A DNA stretch of 64,000 bases, from assembly GCA_051942205.1 (NCBI GenBank), contig JAVECO010000111.1, forward strand, positions 1 to 64,000. Reading direction: 5' to 3'. The notes under the pieces were generated by a model. It was not told the origin of the DNA and made no database searches. It worked only from the letters and a program-made list of their open reading frames with translations. Below are positions 24,479-38,556 of the stretch, piece after piece. Position numbers and translations under genes: made by a program. The stretch is from Coniocarpon cinnabarinum (lineage: Eukaryota). Each line of letters starts with the position of its first letter. Positions within the stretch are counted from its first letter, which is position 1.

Positions 24479-25581
24479 CGCGGCGGCGACTGTTGTCACT
24501 GCGACCATTTTTTCTTCATAGCTCAAGATGGCAGTACTCAGGTCAGGTAAAGATCTCAGTCATCTCACAGTCACATCAGGACTGTCATTATGTCCTCACG
24601 TTCCACGAACTTTGTTGCACAAGCGGTGTCAGACAAAATTGTGTCAGGATACTTGGAATCTTTTAAGTCCTAGAATCATTGAAAATCTTCTGCCAACTGT
24701 GCCAATGCTTTTAGATTGTGTCTGACCGCAATGCTCATATCGCAGACTTTTGCGTTGTTTGAATTTAGTGTCAAGCTTTTATAAGTTCAGGGCCTCGGTC
24801 ATACTCCCGGTCCTACATGATCACCCTGTTCCATTTGCTGATTCTACGTGCAAGGTCTTGATATTGCCGAGTCAATCGCTCATCGCCAATGTTACTTCGC
24901 GGTTTACAGTGCAAATCTTGGCAAAGTAACACTCGAAACATTGGTCACAAGAGGAAGATCTCCTGCACTTCCACACGGGTCGGCTACTGTGCAGCATTCC
25001 CTCACTGAATATATAGCCCCACAATTGCCATACTGTAGGCTCGTAGCTTTGCATAGACTTCCATGTTTTGCGCAACGACATTTTGTTGATGGAGAAACAC
25101 CCATTAACTGCACAATGAGAAGTTTCTAACTAGTGTTTACTATCAGTGCAAGGACGCTCAAAAAGCTGTTTTGACCTTCAGACGGACAGCCAGAGCTTGA
25201 TCCTCTCCGCATTTGTAGCTGCTCCCACTGTGCGAACGTGAGAAGACAATGGCTTGTTATCCGGTTACGAACCCAACGATCGTATGCGTAGCAATGAACC
25301 TTCTACGCTGTGCGGCGGTTAGTCCCCGCTGTGAAATGGTGTGACCGCGTTCAGTCTTGTGCATATATCTGTCCAGCATCTTTGCCTTATCATGTTAATG
25401 ATTTGCCGCGTCAGACATAGTCCGTATCACACTCACAGGTATTGCCGTTTGCAACTATTCACTTCCAACTGCGCGATGCCGGCACTCGAGGGATCAAATC
25501 CCAGAGAGGTGACAGCGAGTAGCCGGGCGTCTTTTTTCCGCACTGGTGGCAACGACGATGCAAGCAAGCAACAGTACGACT

Positions 25582-27284
25582 TTAAGCCGGCTCCTTCCAT
25601 ATCAGCAGCAACGGCACCGGTATAAACCCCGCAGCTACAAACCCCAACACCGAGTTCCCCCTTCCATACCCCAAACCCTCAAACAAGCTCGGCCCCACGA
25701 GAGGTAGAAACGCACCAACGAGATTTCGCAGCATAAGCGCGGCAGCCATCGCCGACGCTGAGCGCTTCTCGAACACATCGACGATGTAACTGTATGTGGG
25801 GATTGTGGTCGCGCTCAGTCCGAAACCCATGAGGCTTGTGCCTAGGATGGGGATGATCCATGGTGTGTGGGCCTCGAGGGTCCAGCCGTAGATAAATAGG
25901 CCGGCGGGGAGGATAATCGCACCAGGAAGCATGGGCAAGAGGCGCTTGATGGGTCGTGGAATATTCTCATGTTTGTTTGGCACGGGACCTGCGCTGAATT
26001 CGCGTTCCTGCTGCGGCTTTTGTGGGTGTTTGGCTGTATCATCGTTCGTGTGCACGGGTGTGCTTGGCTTGTCTCTGTGAGAGCTGGCTGATGGATTGTG
26101 TGGTTTTGCTCTCATGACGCGATCGAGAGTCAAGCGGCAGAACACGGTCCCAATCAGCATGCCAATAGCTACCGTCTTATTAGCTCAGAAACGCAACGTG
26201 GGACACTGGCGTGGGTAGTGAGGGTAGGCGCACTTGTACCAAGAAGGGCCAAACCAGACGAGCCTACTGAGAAGCCGTATTCTCTCTGAAAAATTGAGCT
26301 AAGTGTCAATACAGCCAAGTAAAAGTAGCTGTACACCACGGCCATGAAGATGGACAGCACCGTGGCTGTTAGGGATGTAAGCAAGAGTCTAATCGGTCCC
26401 ATGAGCGCAACGAACAAAATCTTGCAATATTCAAGGAGACCCCAGCATTTCTCTGGGCCTTGTGATGATGTTGCGCTGTTTAATGGCTGTGTTTCCGTCC
26501 TCTTCTGGAGCAAGACAGGCGTGTACGTCTCACGCAGCACAAAAACAAAGCCAACCGCAACCACAGCGCCAATAACAGCGCTCATCCAAAACGTCCAGCG
26601 CCATCCCAGACTTTGAGTCGCATAACCGCCTGCGAGCGGCCCAATCACCGATCCAAGCAGCGGTAACAGGCTCATAATAGACAAGGCGGCTCCACGCTCA
26701 TGTTTTTGAAACAAGTCGCCAACTATACATGGATTTAGTGTAATAGAAGCGGTACTGGCACCTGTGAGGAAGCGGAAAGCCAGCATCATGCCAGTGTTTC
26801 TACTGAAGCCCGTGATGAGACAAGTTATCACGAAAAAGAAATTACAAATGTGGTAGACGGGTCGTCGACCATAGTGTTCGGATAGCGGAGCAATGACCAG
26901 GGGCACGAGCGCCTCGCCCAAGTCCCAAATCGTGATGATGAATACGGAGTCGAAAACATGGCTGATGTGGAAGTCGTGACTGATTGAGGGAATCGCAGGT
27001 GAGGGGACGAGAAGCGCGAAGTTGCTGATATGGGTCAGTTCTGTCGTTTACTGGGAAGGGGGAGTGGAGATGTACACGGTAAAGGTCATGAGAGACATGA
27101 AGAGGACGATTGTCCATCTTCTTCGTGTACCGATCTCCAATGGTGATTTAGGTGTCGATGATTGTGGTTGAGATTGTGAACCTGTAGCTGAGGACTTCAA
27201 GGTCCGCTGAGGTGTACACCCTTCAGATGAGACCTGCTTCGACTCCATCGCGAAGAGCCAACTCGAAGAGCCAACTCGAAACAT
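25582..27284 (-). CDS. MFS multidrug transporter (DHA1 family), 3 exons
   Basis: WDLGEALVPLVIAPLSEHYGRRPVY, VGDLF..HERGAA, GPLAGGY..LGWRWTFW, LRETYTPVLL and YIVDVF..SASAMAA..RNL. The start could be 27248. Confidence 0.88.
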
Positions 27285-28295
27285 GCACGGTCAGCTCGCT
27301 AGAGTTTCGTTTTAAGACCCATCACAGGTGATCTTACTGGGGCTTGTGAATTAAGCATCATCTATTGGCCGTCGTACATCTGTGACACACTCATGACTAG
27401 ATCAGTCATACAGACTGGAACGTGACACACAATTGTGGAATAGACTAGTAGTAATGTCTTGTTACTGCAACACATCAAACAAGCTGCGCGTAGGAAAAGC
27501 TCAATGATGGTGAGTGGGTCTTATGCTACGCCTCATACTTGCAGGATACCTCATGCTTGCATTCATCACTCATCTGCAATCACATCACGTCACCTTAGGC
27601 ATCAAACACTGGGAAGTGTGTCGCAAAGAACTTTTGCCTTGGCGTGACAATCCAAAAAGAGGTTTGGTCCTGAACTGGAAGCAAAGGCGGCCTAACTAGT
27701 GACGTTGTTGCGTCCGCGAGACGCTGTTCTGATTAAGCGCACCATGTGAGCTCAGGACTTAGAGATTAATCGGCCTGTCCCGAATGATCCGAGGCCCAAG
27801 TTAAAGGCGACGAGTCATCAATTTCGACGCTCGCTGGCAAGAGTCTTCCGAATGATTCTAGAATGATTCTAGAGGTTGTGAGCGTTAATGAACGAAGTCG
27901 TTAACGGTAAAACTTAATCATGAGGACTTAGTCTTTGATCAAGATTGCAGAGTAAGCTAGAAAAGCTTCATATTTCTGCCTTGTGTTTCCCGGGTTCAAG
28001 TACCTATGCAAAGTGGTATCAACAAACAATGTACGGTTAAGTGATCAAAGAGCCAATCCAGGCCAAACGCCATGCTATAGACACTTGACCTCTTTGATGC
28101 ATCCCTGAGATTTCCAGAATGTCACTCAAAGCCGTCCACGTCGCTTAAGCCATTATCTGTCCTTCTTCTAGCAATAGCTCAGTCTCATTAGCTAGTCAAG
28201 CTTCATCCACTCGACGTCCGGTTGACTCCACGAGTCGCTCTTTCATAGTCGTTCCGCTGTGGCGCGCTGCTTTCTGTGTTGTATATAGAGTCGGA

Positions 28296-31200
28296 TCACA
28301 TCACTATGCACTCTTGTTCTTTTTGCTTGGGATTGCTTCGACTTATCCTTTCGCGGCTCTTTTGTGCTCGGGCACCGCCTCGGTTCAGCTCGTCCATGCG
28401 TTGTCGTGCTTTGTCAAAACCTGCGGCTGTTTGCTCGTCAGAATGATGATCATAGAAGAGTATTTATTTGAAGGGCCCATTCGACATTAATGACACCAGC
28501 CTAAGACGTGCAGCGATAATGCAGAAATGATGCTTAAGAGTGAACAATCATCACCTCCACCACCGTCGCCATCGCCTCTCGCACACATTCACGCATCTTC
28601 ATGAAGAAAAGGAGGAAAGGAAAAAGAAAAACTCACCAGCAGCTTTCCCATACCACCGCTTACTCTCCTCCAAACTCCTCGTGCACCCAATACCAACCTC
28701 AGTATAGTATCCCAACGCAAACAGTGCTTTCGGCAACCCTGAGCTCGCCGCTTTTCTAGCCCACAGATACGCCTCTGTGTCATTGTGCTCCAAGATGCCC
28801 TCGGCACCAGTGAGGTACCACCCACTCAGCGCCAGTTCTGAATTGTGCTCGCCTTGCGCCGCCGCGCGAGTGTACCAAATAATGGAGTTCCGCGCGTCGA
28901 TCGGACAGCCTAAGGCGCCGTACTCCCACGCGTGACCTAGTTTATACTGGCTCGCGCGATAGCTCAATTTCGCGCCTTTCGTGAAGAGCTGCAAAGCGCG
29001 CGTATCATCGCGTGGTACCGCACCCGCATTCTCCGAGCCCTCGTACAGGATGCCCAGTTCGTGCACAGCATGTGGTGAGTTTTCGTCGGCCTTATCTGCC
29101 GCTTTCTGAAGCCAACTCACAGCTTCGCTATAGTTTCGCGGTTGTTCGAGAAGGCCACGCAGAGAGATCATGCCTAGTTTGAACATGGCGGGGCCGTCGC
29201 CGAGAGATGCAGCGTGTCGATACCATTGCACCGCTTTAGTGAGGTCACGCTTGGTGCCGCCACCCTCCTCGGGTCCCATTTCGCAGCACACGGCGGTCCG
29301 GTAGGCGGCCTGGGGATGTCCTGCTTTGCCCGCGGATTGATAAAGGGTGAAAGCTTCACGCGGATCGTTGGGTAAACCAAGGAGACCGGAGCCAAGCCCA
29401 TCAGCCCAGAAGAACATGGCGTCACGATTTTGCTGTTGGACGAGCTGTCTGCCGATTTTCTGTGCTTCTTGGAGATAGCGATGGCGGTCAGCATCCTTGT
29501 TGGGGCCGGATGTGAGAGTGTCTGCGGCGCGGATGAGACCCTTGGCGAGCTCGAGTTGCGCGTCGGGAGAGTGTGGCTGGCCTTGTGCAGTGCCGCGCAC
29601 AGAAGCGAGCTCAGAGGCAGAGATGGGGACTGACTTGCGCTTTTCTTTCTGTGCGGTAGGAGCAGAATTTTGAACATCATATTGTCTCACAGGCGCGGGT
29701 TTGTCGTTTAAGCTGCCATTCGGACCGGCAGCATTCATGGCGCCGGGTCGAATCGGCAGAGGTGCAACAGGACCATTATGAGACGGAACCGCGCTGGACG
29801 GAGGTGACAGTGTGCGATCTGGACGATCATTGGGACGGCGGCCAGGCGCCGTACTAGGACGTGGCGGTATGCCAGGCCCTGGTGGGCCCGGTGAACGAGA
29901 ATCGCCCCTTGGCACCTCCGGTGGTGGACCACCTGCTCGCGTGCCGGCTCGCGGGCGACCTTCAGGCCCTCTCGATGGACCTCGCTCACCAGGTCGACTT
30001 TGCGATCGTTCGCGTGAACCTCCAGGAGGTGGCCCACGTGCATCAGGCCCTCCAGGTCCGGGCGGCGGACGACCCCCTCGACCAGGTGGCGGACCTCTTC
30101 GTGGATCCCAGCCGGGTGGCGGAGGTGGCCGTCCACCTCTCATTCCTCCTGGGGGAGGGCCTCGACGAGGATCCCAACCTGGCGGTGGAGCTCCTCTTCC
30201 GCCTCGGCCCGGCGGCGGCATGCCTCCTTTTCCTGGAGGCATCGGTCGTCCATAATGATCTCGAGGCGGAGGTCCTCGCCCTGCTGGTCCCGGATCTGAG
30301 TAGGGATCCCGCGCCGGTGGTGGTCTTCGTCCAGCAGGCGGCGGCCCCCTTTGTGAATACGCACCTGGCGTGACTCCACCACCACGACCTCGCACATATC
30401 CATCCCCGTCGGCATATCTCCGCACTCGATCCGAGAAGTCATCTTCGGGCTCGGGTTGCTGTTGATAGTCACCTGCGTGATTCGAGTAGTAGTCCAAGTG
30501 TTCTTCACCGAAGGAGTTTCTGCGGCTATGTGGACCATTTGGTCGGTTTGATCCCATTGGGCCTCCATGAGGAGGACCGTAAGATGGGTCTGTGTATAAA
30601 GGAAACGAGTTAGACATCGGCGACGCAACAGCAGGGGAATGTGGTGGATGTGGCGAGTTCTTGAAGTTGGGGATCTCGTGACCACCCGCCTCGACCGCGA
30701 ACTGATGGGGGTTCTGACGCCTACCATTTGCTTCGTACCCACCATAGCCTCCACCGTGGGGCGGTAGCTGAGCACCGTAGCCATACCCTTGCTCATACGG
30801 AGGATCGCTTGCTTCTCTTCTCATGGGGGGCCTTTGTGAATCTATTGACGGTCGAGGCATTTGATCGTAGTTGCCATTGCCATAGCCTGGGGCTGTTCCT
30901 GGTCTGGCGTATGGATCTGCGGCGTATGGTGGATTGGGTGGGTTTGCATAAGGGTCATCGTATTGCTGCGGCGGGGGTGGACGTCCGTTCGGAAGGCCCC
31001 TTTGTAACCCATTCGGTCCAGGTGGAGGTGAAGCGTAGGTGTTAGGCGGTCCACGCGGATTTGAATGGCCGCTCTGCGGACCGTAGCTATGTGATTGTTG
31101 TGGTTGCGGAGGAGGTCGTGTCAGGCCATACGGACCTTCGTCGGCAGGTCTACTGCCAAAAGGATTGCCGAGGTCGTACGGATTGACGTCGGGCTCTGGC

Positions 31201-31433
31201 GCATACGGATCATTCTTATGGTGCCGTGGAGGTCCTTGGGGCTGGCCAACGTTTCCATACGTATTCGAGTACGGATTCGAGTCGTACCCACCATAGCCAT
31301 GATGTCCTCCATCTGCGTGTCCGTGCTGAGGCTGCGCATAGCCGTCGTTGTAGCCATGGCCTGGCGCAGGGTACTGAGAACCCGCTCCGAAGTAGTCCTG
31401 TCGTGGGGGAGCAGCTCCGTACCCATACGCCAT
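28296..31433 (-). CDS. CHS4: Chitin synthase activator (Chs4/Skt5-like SEL1-repeat protein), 2 exons
   Basis: Long Pro/Gly N-terminus; SEL1 repeats (AAYRTAVCCEMG, SELALSGWYLTG, EAYLWARKAA). Intron GTGAGT at ~28637; last exon GFDKARQRMDEL..ECIVM* is a CaaX box. Confidence 0.93.
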
Positions 31434-32163
31434 GCCCGCGGCGGTCCAGGAGACGTGGGACGAAAGTGCGGAGTTCCAGCGGTCGCAATGAAAGTGGGCG
31501 AATTAACAAAGGCGGAGAGGCTGGAAGCAAAGGTCAGGAGGTTGGTCGAGCAGATTGAAGGTCGCGCAGTCTCGGTCGAGGCGAGCGTGGGAAATGAACG
31601 TCTACCGAGATTCGGCGTCGAGTTTCAGGAGCCCAGAGCCCTGGTCAAGCTAGCGTGGGACTGGTGGTCGCATAGGTTCGCTGCAGCTGCAGAGAGAGGC
31701 ACGAGTCGCGCTGTTGCCGTCAAAGAGAACTTCCTTCGTCAGGAACGGACGTGGTGTGAGAAGGAGAGCGGTGCGGCAGACAAAGAGTGGCTGGTGGTGT
31801 TGATCGTGTGCCCGGTTTCGAGGGTTTGGGAGCAGGAGAAGCAGAAGCAACGCTGGACCTTAGGTAGGTACAGATGGGCGCAAGGGTACCTAGTGCCGTA
31901 GGGCTGCGCTAGCCCCCGCCTCCTGCCATCCCCACCATCTGCCACCAGCCAATCACCGTCCCCGCGCCCGATCGATATGCATCCATCTCATCTTTCCCCT
32001 TCCGGCCTTCGAGATCCATCTCTTCCTCCGCCGTGTATCTATCATCCAGCATTGGCTTCAGCTACCCGTGGACCTTCCTCTGCCAAAGTGAATCCCGCTC
32101 CCAGTACCTAGCGCCACACGCCACATATCTGTCCTAGCCGAGCAACTTCCAAGTCCCGCAATC

Positions 32164-32695
32164 ATGCGGACTTCTTCTTGGATCACAGCAATAGTCTCGT
32201 ACGACATCCCTCCATCGCCGCCCCGCCTTCTCATCTTCCCTTGACTGACTGTCTTCTAGCACCGTTGTCCTCATGGGCGGAGGTCCCTACCTTATGTACA
32301 AAATCACGCCCACGGAAGAAGAGCTACGAAAAGTGCGCCACCCTCAGCCATCAGTTCTCGTTTCCTGAGATCACTCCCAGGTTGACCGTCAAAACAGCGG
32401 TATAATCCCGAGCTTCGCGCACGCTCGGAAGCCAACCGTGATGAAAAGGCAAGAGAGGCAGATGAGTTTGTTGCGAAGCTCAAGGAATACTCAAAATCCG
32501 ATAAGCCGAGTCAGTCTACGCTCTTTCTGAGGTCCTCAGTGGCTGGTGTGCTGACTACCCACTATAGTCTGGACGGTGTGGAAAGAGGATGCGCTGCGGC
32601 AGAAGAGAGCTGCTCAGAAGGCGGAAGAGGACCAGAAGCTGCAGAGGAGCAGTATCAAGGAAGAATTGAGGCGGCAGCGGTTGGAGGAGGGTTGA
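32164..32695 (+). CDS. CBP4: Cytochrome bc1 assembly factor Cbp4 (4 short exons, absent from ORF track)
   Basis: Spliced product [69 protein letters not shown], with three canonical introns. Confidence 0.9.
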
Positions 32696-33127
32696 TAACG
32701 TGACAGCTCGTGACGGCGCATTTGTGGCCAGTGGCATAATGTCGACTGCCTGGCGCAATGATACATGTTCTCAAACCAGCATCAAGATCATGATCTGTCT
32801 ATGGATATGTATGGCGGCGCGACGAAAGGAATATTTTATCGGACAGGGTCAGTGTAGGTTTCGTGACGATAACAAGATAAACTGACGTACTCATACAATG
32901 AGGTCATGTACCGTTATTACGCATCTTGCGCATTCTTATGCAATGAAGCATGGCAATATCCAAACAGGTGTGCAATGAGTTTAGCATCTGTGCAACTGGG
33001 ACATATTTGGCCGTACAACGACTACCTGGATCAATTGGCTCATATGACCTTGAAGCACAGAACATATTAACGGCATTCACTTGCTGTATTTGATACTATT
33101 TGATACATGGATCCGAGACCCTTCGGG

Positions 33128-34869
33128 CTACAGCTTCGCTGCAGGCTGAGCTGTACCTGCTGAAGTGATCCGGTCGTATAGCAAGCTCGTCAGAAACTCG
33201 CTGTAATCCTCGCCCGTAACCTGCGTGCTGAAATATTGTGCGGCGAGCTGATACTGGTTGCCCTTTGGTCCCTTAGCCTCAAGCTCATTAGCCTGTTCTT
33301 GCAGCAGTCGCTTAGCGTATGCTGGGTCGACCTTCTTGCCCTCTGATGTTGTGATACCATGTCGGCACCATTGCCAGAGCTGGCTTCGGCTGACTTCGGC
33401 GGTGGCGGCGTCCTCCATGAGATAATTGATGGGCACACAGCCAATGCCTCGTAGCCATCCCTCCATGTAACCGAGGCCAATGTTGAGATTCTTGCGGATG
33501 CCATCCTCTGTGATTTTTCCAGGAACATTCATGTTGAGCAAGTCATTGCCCGTTACATGGACGTCTTCCCGACGGTTGAAGATCTGGTTAGGCGTTGGCA
33601 TGTGCTCGTTGAACACATCTGTAGCGATCTTCGCGAGTGCAGGGTGAGCTACCCAGGTCCCGTCGTGACCAGCACGAACCTCACGAAGCTTGTCGGCTTG
33701 GACATTGCCCGTGGCCTTGTCATTGGCTTCCTTGTTGTCTTTGATCGGGATCTGAGCCGCCATACCACCCATGGCATGTACACCACGACGATGACAGGTT
33801 TGAATGAGTAGACGAACATAGGCATCCATAAAGGGGACTGTCATAGTGACCGCGGATCTGTCAGGAAGCACAAAATTGGAGTTTTGCCTGAAGCGCTTGA
33901 TGACACTAAAGATATAGTCCCATCGGCCGCAGTTGAGGCCAGCGCTGTGATCTCGAAGCTCGTATATAATCTACGACATGTTAACCTCTTCATTCCCGAA
34001 AGCACACGCCATGACTTACTTCATCCATCTCGAAAGCTGCAGTGATGGTCTCAATGAGTACGGTCCCACGAATGGTTCCCCTTGGCATGCTGATATAGTC
34101 TTGAGCAAGGTTGAAAACATCGTTCCAGAGGCGCGCTTCAAGGTGTGACTCCATCTTCGGTAGGTAGAAATACGGCCCCGTCCCTCGCTTGACAAGTTCT
34201 TTTGCGTTGTGGTAGAAATACAAGCCGAAGTCAAAGAGGCCTCCGGCGATGGGTTCACCGTCTACGGTGAAATGCTTCTCCTCAAGATGCCAGCCACGAG
34301 CACGAGCAATCAAAGTCGGAAGAGTTCGATCCGTGCGTAGCTTGTATGCCTTCTCACCTTGCTGGAAGTCGACTTGCCTTCTGATTGCGTCGTAGAGGTT
34401 GACTTGCCCGTAGATCATGTTGTTCCAAGTAGGTGAAGTGGAGTCTGTGTGCATAATTTTTAGCAAGCCGACCTTTCATTCATGGGAAGAGTTCCTCACC
34501 TTCAAAATCGGCCATGTATGTCCACACATCCGAGTTGAGCGCATTGACGACCATTTTTCTGTCCACAGGACCGGTGATCTCAACTCTGCGGTCGACCAAG
34601 CCAGGAGCAGGTGGTGCACCCTTCCAGGCATCATTCTCACGGATATGCTTTGTTTGTGGTAGAAAGTCGAGCATAGAGCCCTTGTCAAGCTCGGCCTGGC
34701 GGATCTGCCGTCGGTCAAGAAGAGCCTTCCGTCTTTGGTTGAAGGTCCGATGTAGGAGAGCTAGAAAGGCTGTGGCATCCTGTGAGAGAATCTTGCGGGT
34801 GTCATTGTTGACTTCTCCTAGGATGTTGACACCCTTTAGAATAGCCTCGTTGCTTTGAGCAGCGGACAT
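33128..34869 (-). CDS. acuE: Glyoxysomal malate synthase, 3 exons
   Basis: [55 protein letters not shown] and [12 protein letters not shown]-terminal PTS1 AKL. Confidence 0.97.
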
Positions 34870-35509
34870 GACGGCAGAATCAATGCGTCAGAGGTACACA
34901 AATCAAAAGGATGTCAGTATGAGTTATGAATTCTGACGAGCACTGCAGAAGAACGACAACAATGTGCAGGTATGCAAGCGTAGAAGTATTGACAGGAAAA
35001 CTGATGCAGGTCCCTCGGCTGTGGTGATGCAATAGGTGTTCGTCATATGCTAGCTCCCTTCGAATTATGTGGGGAAGAAGATCACCTTAATATGTAGCCC
35101 CTCATTTTCTGCCAATGCTCGAGATGACTTCGGCATCCTTACTTTTCGCCGCTGTCTCGGCAGTCTATGGGACATGCTGTTCCTCTTGCCCGAATGACAA
35201 CCGGGGACTTTTCGTAGAGCGTGATGGCTTTGTAGTATAATCGACTCTGCGCTGAGTTTCTCGGTGAATTCCAGTCTGCCTCGGCTGATATATCGGTCTT
35301 CTTCGGAACTTCGGAGAGGAGACGCCCAAGATCACGTGACAGCCAGCAACTCATCCAATTCGTCCTGCTAACTTTATTGACGGCGGAGGTGCATATGTAG
35401 GTAGCACATGAAAGTCCCGTAAATCTACAGTCCCCTCGCATTCGTCCTTGCATTCGCCTTCAGCTATCTGTTCATCGCAACTGCGATTCTATGTATACAT
35501 TCGAGCGCT

Positions 35510-35851
35510 TTAAGTCGCTGTCGCATCTACTGCTGATAGTGTTGTTGTGCCTGTTGTGCTACCCTGATCATTTCTAAGGAAGCTAATAATCTCAACTGTC
35601 GTAATCGTGCTTGGCGTAGGTACTGGCTCTGCAAGAAATTCCATGAGTCCGACAGGGTGCCCATCGCTGGTGGTGTAGACGCTTAACGTGGTCGAATATG
35701 TGGTGAGTTGTCCCTTTGCCACGGTAGTCAGGGTTTGGGCAGATGTCGGTGCTTGCACCTGGCCATCAGGAATCATTGATACTAGACTTGAAGACTGGCT
35801 CGACACAATACTCGCGACACCAATCAAGAAGAGAATGGCACTCGATATCAT
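35510..35851 (-). CDS. Small secreted Ser/Thr-rich protein with one PIR-type repeat
   Basis: Signal peptide MISSAILFLIGVASIVSS; SMIPDGQVQA matches the PIR consensus (I.DGQ.QA). Confidence 0.7.
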   Translation of the reverse strand: MISSAILFLIGVASIVSSQSSSLVSMIPDGQVQAPTSAQTLTTVAKGQLTTYSTTLSVYTTSDGHPVGLMEFLAEPVPTPSTITTVEIISFLRNDQGSTTGTTTLSAVDATAT

Positions 35852-36919
35852 AGCTGTTGCTGGTCACCTCGAAGTTTCAGAATCTGTCTCGCAAGAAGCG
35901 CAAGATTAAGGAAAGCTCTTGAAAATAATCTGATTAGTAACGTGTTTATGCCGCCCTGCGGCTTTGAGTACTGCAAAGACAGTAGTGAATGTGGGTGAAT
36001 GCGGATTGCGAAGAGGAAAGGAAAGCCTGTTGAGCAAAAACTTGTACGTGTGCCATCCTGTGTCAATCGAATTATATAAACACAGTGCACAGTCCAATGA
36101 CAGCATGATTCCAGCAAGTATGACATAACATCTACAGGCAAGGTGTATTCAACGAATATGCGGCCAGAGTGGTCGCTCTATAGGTCTTCAAAGCGTTACC
36201 AGAAGTAGCTTGTGGTACAATAGCTTTCCGGAACAAGAAACCGCTGGAATCATAGAGCTCCTACGGAACCGGAAGCAAGCATCGCAAGAGCAGCATGCCT
36301 GCATTCTGTTCTAGACCATCACGAATCCATCTGCGATTGATGCGATGTATCCGGAAGGATCCACATGCTGGGAATGCCAGTTTCTGACGACCCTCACGCT
36401 AGAAGGTGGGAGACCAGCATGCTCATGAACATGACCTTGAACATGGCCATGACCATAATGAATACTGTGCATTGTATGAACTAGATGAGCTTCATCGTCT
36501 GATTGCTTGAGGACACCATTGACAGAGCCACGTGACCATGTGGCGGTGCATACACAGATGTCTGAGAGTTCAGGCATTCAACTCGTCAGACCAGGATGAA
36601 ACAAAGCCACCTCGACACGTTGGCGACTCCTTGGCCAAGCGAAGTCAAGGCAGTGCCTCACTCGCATCTGTTTCACCTTCCTTACAAACGCCCTCTGACC
36701 TTTTGCCGTTCGCTCACACATTTGCCGGCGCCATTCACGATTTACTTTGCACGCATAGCACATTCACTGCCGTCCGCTCTCTGTGCGCTCTCCTGTTGGC
36801 TTCCACGTTTCAGCGCTGCGTCCGGCTTACATCTACTTTTTCTGCGGGCCCATTCTGGCGCAAGCCAGCATGATCACGCGATTGAGATTGCCTATTACTG
36901 AGTTAGGATTCCTCGAATA

Positions 36920-38556
36920 ATGAAGCTTGCGGCCGCAGCTTCATCGGTGTCTGGCAATGGCTACCACCTCTTGCGTCGGGTCGATCTGGGCGCTGCTGGG
37001 AGTACGCTGGGCAGTTGGGACAGTTGCATGAGCAAATCGTACTGCAAAGTCAGTCAAAACCACAAATCAATCTATAAGGTTCAGCGCTGACTTGGCTCGA
37101 CTAGTGGCCTGTGATTGCTGCGATCATCATCGGTGTTTTAATTATTGCCTCGATTCTTTTCTGCTGTATTCGCTGCTGCTGCTGTGGCCTTGAATGCTGT
37201 TGTGGCTGCTTTCGGTGTTGCAACGCGTGTTGTCCGAAGCCCAGAGGTCGCAAATCTTACGCATCGCCCCAGCAGCAGCAGCCACCGCCAGCTTATGGAC
37301 AATGGGGAGGAGGACCACAACCATGGACGCAAGCCCCAGTTTACACAGGACCACCTCAACAGCCTCAGCCGTACAATCTGGGTATGATGTCCGGAGCTCG
37401 ATCACCTGGGGCATTGAAGAACTCGCCCGCGCCCATGAACACCGCACGTTTCTCTACGGAGAAACCCCTTGCTCCAATGGAAAAGCCGAAACCATATCGA
37501 AACCCACAAAACGACGATCAGTTACCTGCAATGCCTACCTGGGCTGACTCCTCCGAGCAACACGTCGAAGATAAGACATACCATCCTCCTGCGGATACCC
37601 CTCCGGGAGAATCCGAGATTGCGAGGGCGACTGGTCAAGAGGGTGTTCTGTTGCAGGACCGCACGCCTCAACGACGTCCAACCCTACCCAACATGGAAGG
37701 CAATGCGGCACCTGCGCTGGAGCGTCGCCCGACATTGCCTACGCTTGACTCGACCCTTGCAAGTGCGCCTTCTACTGCATATGGATCAAGCACCGCACTA
37801 CCGCCCGCTCAGTCCGGTGTGACATCCCCTGTCAACGGCGGATATGGCGGTGCCGGCGGCGCTGCAGCAGCAACAGTTGGCGCGTATGGGCAAAGTGGGC
37901 GTGCCCACGCATCGCGAAAGCCCGACGCATATGGTTACGCTGGGCCACCTCGTCGACCATCGGATCGGCATCAACAGTATCCACAATCTCCCCCTTACCA
38001 AGATCGCTCTCACACTGTCTCTCCCATCTCGCCTATGGGTCCAGGACCCCACGCGGGAAATGGCTACCCTGCACAAGCACCAATGCCCTATCCAGCGAGG
38101 AACAATTCGAGTGCAGCACCGCAGGCAGTGTATACTTCACGGCAGGATCAAAGCGGCTGGCCGGTGCAAGGTCAAACATCACCCCATCAGCCTGTATACG
38201 GCGCGCCAATGCCAACTCGCACTCCACCACCACAAGGACAGCGGTCTCCACCATCGAGGACACCTCCACCAAATCAGTGGAGCAGAAATTATCCAGTACC
38301 ACAACGCGCCCCCAGTGCACCTCGTCCAGCGCCGCCACCATCACAGCCTTCTTATCAGCCCTACAATCCTTACGGCGGACGAAACGCAAATCAGTCATCG
38401 ACCACAGTTGGTCGCGCAGAGCTAGGTGGAGCAGACGTCGGCCGCTCCGAATTGCATGGGGCTGAGACGAATGCACCTCGATATGAGCTAGGAGGAGGCG
38501 AAGGCACAGGTGAAGGAGGAAACTGGCAGCGACGGCCGCCTGGCGGCTGGACGTGA
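36920..38556 (+). CDS. Single-pass membrane protein with Cys-rich juxtamembrane segment and long Pro-rich tail ('fibroin-3-related' fungal family)
   Basis: Exon 1 ..SWDSCMSKSYCK, intron ~37049-37104, then WPVIAAIIIG..CCIRCCCCG and DDQLPAMPTW. Confidence 0.82.

Noticed and set aside
29174..31901. Multiple long overlapping/antisense ORFs (e.g. 31095-31901 +)
   Set aside because: Shadows of the GC-rich, Pro/Gly-rich CHS4 coding strand.
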